NCBI GenBank assembly: GCA_043228905.1
Contig: JBHGNT010000005.1
Location: forward strand, 2,976,001 to 3,040,000
Direction of reading: 5' to 3'
Length of the DNA stretch: 64,000 nt
Origin: Azolla caroliniana
Taxonomy: Eukaryota; Plantae; Polypodiophyta
Shown one piece after another: positions 54,589-64,000 of the stretch. Every line of letters begins with the position of its first letter. Positions within the stretch are counted from its first letter, which is position 1. The notes below the pieces were generated by a model that had not been told where the DNA came from, searched no databases, and saw only the letters and a list, made by a program, of their open reading frames with translations. The translations under genes and the position numbers were made by a program.

Positions 54589-56126
54589 CACCTTGATAAT
54601 GTTTTTTCTATTTGTGGATATGGAAATGAAGATATAATCCTATAATTGATATGGTGTGTAAATTGCAAGCCTCCAAGCTGGACTCAAACGTCAATTCACA
54701 ATTCAATGTCTCCCAGAATGATTAATTAAAGTTCATCTATCTCTTTGGTTTGGTTTAGAGGTGCTCAACCAACATGAAAAGGAAAATATCCACATCAAAT
54801 ATGCTATGAAATCAAGCAAATGCTACAAGTTTATTTTTCGCTTGTATGGCTATTATTTCGATGATGGGAACAGAGGTAATCCTTGCACTTTGTTATGCAA
54901 TCAATGACTACTAAATTGGAAATTAGCTGCCTCATGTCTGAACTATCTAATGTTTCCTCAATTCTCTCCTCAAGCATTTACGTAATCCCTGCTTTTGAAG
55001 GCTACCAAATCAAAGAAAAATATCCTATTTTTGAAATTATCATGTCTCATCAGTTCTTTACCATAGAATGTTTTTGAAGGTAACCAAACCAAAGGGGAGA
55101 TATCAAATTTAGTGTCGACTAGAAAGCCATATCAAAAAATTGTGGGATATGTACAAATAATTCTTTATCAATGCAGAAATGTTAGTGTTTGATAAAATCC
55201 TCTGTTGTAATGGAAATGCCATTTGCCTTGCATTTTTCTTATAGCTCAAATAATTTCTTGCTGCTTGAATTATGCCAATCAATATTATAGGACTAACAAT
55301 TTCTCTATTTTATTGTATCACAATCTACAAAATACATGCAGAAAATTGCATGTTCTCCAATATATTCTTGTATGGTGATCATGAGAACCCTGTGAACAAT
55401 CAGTTAATGTATGTTCCATTATTAGCATTAATGAAAACATCACGTGCTATTGTGTTTAATTGTCAACACATCCTTGTATCATAGTCATAGTATGGTCAGT
55501 ACTAGATTGTAATAGTTTAATGAGCTATGTTATGGATGATCATCAATTATAGCAGTGTCCAAAATTAAACTGTGGCACACTAAGGGAGCTCTGAGATCCA
55601 AAAATAGTTTGATGTAAGACAATGTGTGAAATCTGTTGTAGAAACATGGGGAGGAGCTATAACATCTCAAAGGAGCATTTATATTACATTTGGGTATTCA
55701 TTAGGCATTGAATGGCTATTCACAATCAAACCACTCCAAACATATCTACCTCAGATTCGCCCGACCTCGTCCTAAATCGTATCAGTTTGCTTTTCAACAA
55801 TTGTTGACTGTCATTGTTAGCTTACACATGATTTGAACGCCGGTGAAATCTTATTTGGCACCTTTGAAAGTCTCCAAAATTTCCAGACATTTTTCAATAA
55901 ATGGCTATTCTTGATTGGCTATGAATGACGTGTTATTGGAGAATATATATAATATATATAATATATACATAGGCTATATATATAAACAGAAACCAGTAAA
56001 TCACCATGAACAAAATATATATACCCTCTCAAATAGGTAACACTAAAGTACATGTGCTCTATCTAGGAATTACCAATCATCACTCCATATGTTTAATAAT
56101 AGAAAAACAAGATACTGAAATGCTAC

Positions 56127-59100
56127 TCAAATCCCAGTTGATTTGGTTTTATTAGGCTTTGTTAAGCTGCTCGACATTCCGGCTTTCTTAAAGTTCGCAC
56201 TCATGCCTTGAAAATCTACAAGATCTTCAAACAATCTGTCAGCAGGGTTAGCATTCTGTGATGGACTAGCTCCTTTAGTAGTCCCTTGCAATCGCTGATT
56301 ACCAGAGACACTTCCAGATGAAGACAAATTCCCAATAGACGAAACTTGGGATCTCTGATATTGAGCATCTTGAATACCCAAATTCTTAGTCTGCTCTTCT
56401 AAGGAACTGACACTCGACGCAGCATATGTAGTCTGATCCGTCTGCTCCGGAAAGTAGCCATGCCTCTCTGTGTAGTTCGTAGGAGATCCAATGGTTGGTG
56501 GCAAATGTTGTCCTTCGATTTGAGGGTTATAAGAACTAGGTTGCTGGTGATTCCCAATCACTCCTGAATGCTGATTCAATGCACTTGACTCTGGCCTAAC
56601 AGAGGACCATGGTGCAACATAACCACTGTAATCCAATTCTTGTAGATATTGAGAGGATATATTCATATGGGGGCCTGGATTTTCTGAAATGGGTATTCTT
56701 TGTTGCTGAGTCGTTTGTGGAGGTATGGCTGTAAAAGTTGAACCAGATGCGAATGGATTGTATAAAGAGTCATCCAGCTGCTCCTTTGTAGGACTTGTAA
56801 GAGCTGCATTTGCAGGGCTTGCAAGAGCACCTGGAGTTTTGGGGGAAGAGTCTTTAATGGACTCTCCACTGAGAAGATCTATTGTCTTCCCCTTTGTACC
56901 TGGAGGTGGATTAAGCTTTCTAATAGGCTGAGGTGGTGGTGGAAGTGCAAATGGAGCACTACTGGATCGGCCTTCTTGGCTACTAGGTGCACGATTTGGT
57001 CTTGAGCTTGGCCTGCATAAACAGTTTAAAACATTACATATTCATACAAATGCAAAGATTTACGAGCATGAAAAAAGTTGCACACTTATGTGCCAATTGG
57101 GAAAAGTCATCCTCAGCGTCATCATCCTCTGGAGCATATACAGGAAAACGTTTTGGAGATCCTGACTTGACCACGGCTGGTACCGTGGCCCCAGCCACAA
57201 TAGCATCATACTTTGCTAGAGCACGCTGCATTTCATCGTTCAAGGCAAGACCTTGACACAACAATTGTTCATCCCTACACACCATTTAAAATGACGATTA
57301 AAAGTCATTTATACCAAACACAAATTCTAACACCTTTACAGAACTATAAAATTTAAAACTTACAATGTAGAATTAACAAGATTCAAGATACCATTCTGAC
57401 TGGTCCGGCATTGGTCAACAAGTTGGATGATCACTTCATTTTTCACAGCCTACAAATAATCAGATTTAAATAAATGACAATGAAATATAGAGGAGCAGTA
57501 ATAAGGTGCAAACAACAAAATGGAGGAGACAGCAAAAAAGTGAAGAAAAACCCAAAGGTGTTTTAAAGTGACTCATGAAATGTTGAGCAGTCAATTGAGT
57601 CATAAGGAAAGAACAATGCAGAACAATTGTAAGCTTGACTTGACGGTAAATGCCTGCCCAAAACTAGAAATACTGCTGGATCATAGTTACCCTTGAAGGC
57701 AGATTGACATAAATGGTCAGGCATGTGAAGATGTCCAAAATAATATTCAAGTCATTTCTTGACTCGAATATATGGGTTGACTATTAAAGAAGAAATATTC
57801 GAGTAATTTCTTGAGGTTTCACCATTTGGATAGTAAAGAGCTTTCAGGTTTGCAATGTTCTGCCAAGCATATCATATATCAGACATCGACTCAGTGAGAA
57901 GTCATTGTCTAACATCATAACTAATAAATGCTGCTAATCATGTCCTCAGTTGCATCACATACACCAAATTTGTGAATGTAGTTCTCTGCCAAGATTCTAA
58001 CACGAGAATATCCTAGTTGTATTCCTTGAAGGCTTAATGCAATGACATGTGCTTGCATTCTAAAAGGTGGTGCACGATCTCTTATGTGGGAAAGAAACAT
58101 TGTGCAGTCGTGTGTTAACAGATTGCGAACCTACCTACCAGGCCCTAGGCCCACATAACAGATTGCAAACCTACCTATGATGTAAATTAATAATTGATAT
58201 GGTTTACATGAGAGCTAGAGGTAAAAGTTAACATGGTTAGAGGTTCAAGCTCCCCTTGTTTCATCTAATTTGCAGATTGCAGGTGGATCAAGCTTTCTTT
58301 CCATAGGTTTGCTGGGGTTTAGTGTTTCCATTTAGTAGGGCTTCAGGTTCTACTTTTGCCATTTTCTTCTTCCTTGCAGATTGCACCTTACACTCTTTCT
58401 ACTCATCCACATAAGCCCGAAGCGTTGTCTGGTATGGTCCATGTTGTTCGTGGATAAACTAAAACTAAAGGTGCTCAAATTTTAGTTAAGTACTTCTCTT
58501 TAAATTGAGGCTGAAATTGTTCTTTTCTGCTTACTACCTGGCCAATCAGAGTTTGCCTATCAGGCCATCTTGGATCTAAAGCTCAGGTTATGATACTATC
58601 TTCCATCAATATTAATTCTTCGGTCCTGGAGTTTCAAGATGCCCTATTTTCAAGATGCCCTACCTTCTATTGATTTTCATCTGACATGTTTTCCAGTAGC
58701 TCCATGCAGTCCATTAACAACTTTCACCATCTGGTTCATAATTCTGTAACTTGATCCACTGGTGCTAAGGACAGCACCCAAACTTTGGTTTCCAGGCAGC
58801 TGATTCTTTTACTGCAAGTCATTCATAAAATTTAATTGCACCTGGTCAAGCATAATGGCTCGTGCCCTTCACTCATCTTGTAACATTTCTGAAGGGTGGC
58901 AGCTCCAGAACTGTACTTTCTTTCATCTTTACAGCTCGGACTGTCTCCATCTAAACATGACCAAAGTGGAAAAGAATAGTGGGATCTGAACTGATATTAT
59001 TGACTTGGAAAACAAGATAACATGGATCAGCCCCAAAATATCACTTGGTACATAGATGGCCCACAACAAGATACACTTTTCACACACATTGGGGGATGGA

Positions 59101-62100
59101 TTCATCATCAGGCCACCATATATGGACATAGATCTATCCAATGCGCTGCGCAGTGTGATATGGCAGCTGCGAACTTCATCACATCCGTTAGAGATTGAGG
59201 TGGGCTGATATACACGAATAACTCTAGAAGAAAGCATTTGCCAATTGTGTCATCAAGAGTGGAATCCGAAGAACACTATGTTTGTTATTCTAGTGTCTTT
59301 TATGAAATAAGAGGGAGATACCATTGCCACTTTAAACATGGCTTTGGCCCACTACGCAAGGTAATGGAATATGAGGACCAATGGTGCCTAGTTGTTGAAA
59401 GACAATAGTACTACCACACATGCTCATCCACAAAGAGCAATCGCAACTTTCTTTAGCCCCATCACTCCTACCCCCAGTCAATCAAGGGATAAACAATCAA
59501 GGAAATAAAAAAAAGGGATTACAATAGATCAGGCAATAGCAATTTGTCATGCACATAGGCCCCGGTTGCACAGACCACAACCTCACCACCCTTGTCATTG
59601 ATAGATGAAGGCCATTATCTCCCACCATTGCAAGTGCTTCCCCCGCTTTGGAGACCTCTCCATTCTGCATTGACCTATGCTAGAGATCTTTTGAAGACAA
59701 AAGTTATAATATATCTAACTTGAGAATCTTACATGTGTTGAAAACCAGATTCTTTGGTCTCTTTTTATCCTATTTACTTTTATATTTACTTGATTTGTTG
59801 TTCTCAAATATGAGACGATATAATCTCTTGTTTGGTTTTATAGGCCATTTTGGCCTCTTAAAAGACGTTATCAACAGGCTCTGCTCTTTGGCTATATCTC
59901 TACTTTGTACAATTATTTTCCTACAGCTGTCTAACAGCATTCTCAAAGCTTGGCTCTGTCTATTTTATTTCCAACAGTTCAACTGCTGTTATTAACTACT
60001 TTTCTCACATTGTCTCCATAGCCTCAGCCTGATTTTTTGCCAAAGAGTACATAAACCTATATTCTTTTATTCCTCCCTCCCAACCCTAAAGAGGAGGTTC
60101 TCTTAGCAGTCACTTCCAATCCTAAGAGAATGTTTCCCTAATTTGCGCCTCACCTAGCACCAAGGGAGGAGTAGACAGCCTTTGAGCATCTACTTACAGC
60201 TGCTGTAAACAAACCAGTTGTAGTTCAAGAGGAGGATATCCATGGCATCACATGCCACCATTGTTTCGACAACCATTCCCCAACTCCCCAAGGACTCCAT
60301 CTTGGAGGGGAATAACTACTTGCTACAGACCTTGCTACAGTACCATCATCTATGGAATTTGGTCAATGGTAGTGATAAGAACTACAATTATCTTCATTTA
60401 CTTCAACCACATCAGGTGCTGGTTCACCTAGAGTTAGAACTGAAGCTTGGCTAGATAAGGACTCTTGTGCTCATGCTTTTCTTGTGTTTAATATTAAACC
60501 TACCATTGCCTGTCAATGAGCTATGGGAAGCCATCAACAGAAGGTATGATAGAGCTAATCCTGCTCAAATGATAGCTGTTGAGAACTCAACTAGTAAATT
60601 TCAAGATTCATGACACTCCAAACGTTATAAATCAAAACATACTATTTGTTAATCTCCAAAAGGAGCTAATTTCCTTGGGAAGCAAGTCAACTGAAGCTGA
60701 ATTTGTGCATCGTCTAATGACCAAGTTGCCTGAATCATTCTCGGACAATTAAACTTCTTCCCAACACACGTAATATGAATAAATTTGTTGGCATGCTTCA
60801 AGAAACGACCACAAGGAAAAAAGGTGCTCAAACCTCTAATGAAACACTCTTCATGCCAAAAGTAAAGGAAAGTGGAAGCACAATGGCAACTCCAACAACA
60901 AACCCAATCCAAGACCAACAAAAAACTTGGCTTACAAGGAGTTCGCTTGTCATTATTGTGGCTATAAAGGCCAAATTCAGCCCGGCTGTTGGAAAAAGAG
61001 AAGAGACAATGCCAAGAAGTTTTCTTCTACCAAAGGTCAGCCTACACCAAAATCAAACACATCCCATCAACCAAAGAAACAATTTTCTTTGACATTGAAG
61101 AAAATTCTTCACATTTGGTTGGACCAACTACCTCCATCATTGATGAGTGGCTAGTAGACAAAGGTGCTATTGTACACATGACTTATGACAAATCTATTTT
61201 GCATGATGTCCCAGCTCCTTCCAGAATATTCTTCACATTTGGTTGGACCAACTACCTCAACCATCGATGAGTGGCTAGTAGACAGCAGTGCTACTACACA
61301 CATGACTTATGACATATCTATTTTGTACGATGTCCCAGCTCCTCCCAATCTCCATAGGAGAGATGCCTCAAACCTTGAGATTTCCTGTGTGGGTAATGTG
61401 TTTCTTAACACTTCTTTGCATGATGAGCCTGCTGTTCTTCAAGATGTGCTACATGTGCCATCACATAGTTGAGGAGATCAAAGCACAAGGGGATGCCAAA
61501 GCCTCAAAAACTACTTTGTGCTCCATCCTTTCATGATTTATAATCTGTTGACAGAGTTGAGACAATTGATCATCATGGCTATTCTGGTAATCGCAGTCAT
61601 CTCTCCAAGGCAGCTGAACTCGTTGTCATCATCATAGTTGTTTCTTTCTTTATCCAGTTAAATTCGTGGCAGGGTCAGGTGTCTGCACTTACAGGGCCTC
61701 TCCTTTCATTAGTAGTACCATTCTTCTGTTGGTTAATGCCTTGCTGCATCCTCTTTGTTTGAAGCCTACTGATAATGTTTATTCCAATCCCTCTCCAAAG
61801 GTATCTCTCTTTCTTATTTCTGCTGCCATCTATCAGTATTGGGCACAGAAAAAGAACTTAATGGATGAAAGAATCAGTATGGGCTCTCATGGGAGTTCAG
61901 TGTCTATCATTATCCATTACCTCTGCAATAGAAGAGAAAGACATGTCTGCAAATTTTACAATGTTCAATTTGTTTACCCTATCCCCCTTTAACAAGCTCA
62001 AATTACTCTAATAGGTAGAACTCGGCTTTGGGCCTATGTATGTCAATGTGCATCTCATACATTCCTAATCAATTCACTGCAGGTATGCTTAAGAACTGCT

Positions 62101-63911
62101 TATGATACATGACCTTAACTCCTACAAATTTGGTTATGCATTTTACTAAACTGTCTTTATCCAACAATTGAGCCACAATTCTAGTCTGTAAGTGGGTTGA
62201 TAGTTTGATGAAATGCCACATGAGCCAAGTGAATGTTAGATTGTTTTCCTTCATTTCTCAAGAGAAGACAGTCCATATTTTAGATTAACATTGTTGTCAG
62301 AATACCTGCTTATCATGAGGGTCAATTGCATTCAACATGTCATTTAGAACATCCAGCTCACTCTGGGCTCTGTCCATGTCTTTTGAGCTGTGAAGGGCAT
62401 AGTTTTAGGATTCTTGACCAGATAAGATAAGATAATATTATGAATAAATGGAGTCAATGCAAGAAAAAATATGCTCTTTCAACATCAAACATTTAAAATA
62501 ACCTCACCTCCATACATGCCTACCATCTGCAGTCACAGCCATCATATCTTCTAGTGTTGATACATATGGTGGCGATCCATGTCTTGCATTTGGAAATGAA
62601 GATGAGAATGATTGTGGGTGTGTCGGTGGTGGGGTAAACATGGGGACAGCACTTTCTGCATCTCTTTCAGGAAATTCGACACCACAGCGCTACAAAAACA
62701 AATTATAGAAAGAGAAGGTTATAAAAACTGATTATAAATTAACCAGAGATTACTAATAATGCAAACCTCTTTCATTTCATGATGTCATATTAGGAAATAG
62801 AAAATAATAAAGTGAACAGCTTCACCAACCAAAATTATGCTAAAATGATCACCCAGAGCTAGACTCTTATTAGCAATGGGCACGGTTCGGTTCAGTTTCA
62901 AGGCAAAGAAACTGAACTGAACCAAAACCGAACCGTTTATATAAAACAAAAACCAAACCAAACTGTTTAGGGGAAAGTTGAAACCAAACCGAACCATTTA
63001 ATAAAAATTTTAAACCAAACCATTTAAAACCAAACCGTTTAATAAAAAATTTACACCTAACCATTTTAACCAAACTAATTAAACATCTAAATAAACAAAA
63101 ATACATTAAATTAAATAAGCATTTAAGTTAAATTTATTAAATCAATAAAAGAAACTTTAATTGAATCATTAAATTAAATAAACATTTAAGTTAATTTAAT
63201 TAAATCAATAAAAAATCATTAATTTAATAAACTATTAAGGTAAAAAAAAAAAGTTAACCAATAAACTGTTTAACCATGGCTTAACGGTTCGGTTCGGTTC
63301 GGTTTGAGCCGAAACCGTGCCCATTCCTAACTCTTATGTCGCACCTCATTTCTGCATATCAGATGAATTCTCAAGATAATTTTGCATGGCTAAATTTTAG
63401 TGAGAACCCTAGAGCTTACCCTAAGGTCATCGTATGCCATATAATATTGTGGATATCTTCCAGAAATCCCACCAAAAGCTTCTTGCCAAGAGTCTAAAAG
63501 CACTAATATTTTGTCCCTCACACTCATATCTGTCTGCATGAATAAAAGAAACATATTTCACTAATGAGACAGTTTACCTTAAAAAAACCATTACTAACAA
63601 CAATACACATCTATAAGAATGCATATTCTTTGTACCTTCTTCTTCACTATTTTGACCATTTCAGGTAAGATATCTTTTTCAGCGACACTATGATGAATAA
63701 TTTCTCCACAATTCTTCATTATTGTTTCCAATACCTATAAATTTACATATGATTGAGTACTTAATTTTTTATTGATAATTTTTTGAAAACCTGCTGCTTA
63801 ACGGAGAAAGCACATAAAAATTCTCCAATTACCACTAAAGCCAATAGTTGTACTTTTCCATTTTTATTTCCTAGGCGCTTTTTTATTGCTTTAACAACCT
63901 CACGTGCTTGC
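56127..63911 (-). CDS. TOL: TOM1-like (TOL) VHS/GAT protein, first exon beyond the window. Exons 63911-63833, 63734-63636, 63533-63420, 62689-62508, 62387-62306, 57449-57364, 57274-57086, 57012-56127
   Basis: VHS motifs [34 protein letters not shown] and [18 protein letters not shown]; GVEFPER; GAT motifs [15 protein letters not shown] and [23 protein letters not shown]; C-terminal DRLFEDLVD. Confidence 0.92.
59000..59400 (+). mobile_element. LINE 3' remnant (C-terminal CCHC zinc-finger region) in a TOL intron
   Basis: Translation from 59101: ...[30 protein letters not shown], then a frameshift, then VESEEHYVC...YEIRGRY. Confidence 0.7.
60242..61472 (+). mobile_element. Ty1/copia gag-protease remnant in a TOL intron
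   Basis: Gag N-terminus LEGNNY...LWNLVNG, degenerate zinc knuckle [17 protein letters not shown], protease [12 protein letters not shown] and LQDVLHVP. Multiple stops and frameshifts. Confidence 0.8.
62871..63329. mobile_element. hAT-type MITE, 459 bp, with 8-bp TSD ACTCTTAT, in a TOL intron
   Basis: TIRs TAG(C/G)AATGGGCACGGTT. ACTCTTAT at 62863-62870 and 63330-63337. Subterminal AACCG repeats and an AT-rich core. Confidence 0.9.
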
Positions 63912-64000
63912 CTACATCCATGAATAAACAAACCCTTTAGTCATTATAGTTTAAGAGAGATTAATGCAATACAGCACCAGAAGAAAACTTTAATTTTAAA

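Overview
This is eukaryotic nuclear DNA from a land plant: AT-rich, with spliceosomal introns. The PPR style and TE-expanded introns suggest a fern or other seed-free plant, which is an inference. Seven host genes are supported: RIT1-like tRNA A64 2'-O-ribosylphosphate transferase (+), an intronless PLS-class PPR gene (+), an atypical beta-amylase (+), eukaryote-type glycyl-tRNA synthetase (+), a 21-exon BSU1-like kelch phosphatase (-), chloroplast DEG1 protease (+) and a TOM1-like VHS/GAT protein (-, 5' end outside the window). Mobile DNA includes three hAT-type MITEs (two with perfect 8-bp TSDs), two LTR relics, LINE remnants and a copia remnant. The most notable element is a decayed Penelope-like retroelement (about 16.66-18.93 kb). 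It has no visible GIY-YIG endonuclease and carries a TATA box followed by a minimal type I hammerhead ribozyme at its 3' end (18879-18930). Exon coordinates were read by eye and may be off by a few bases.
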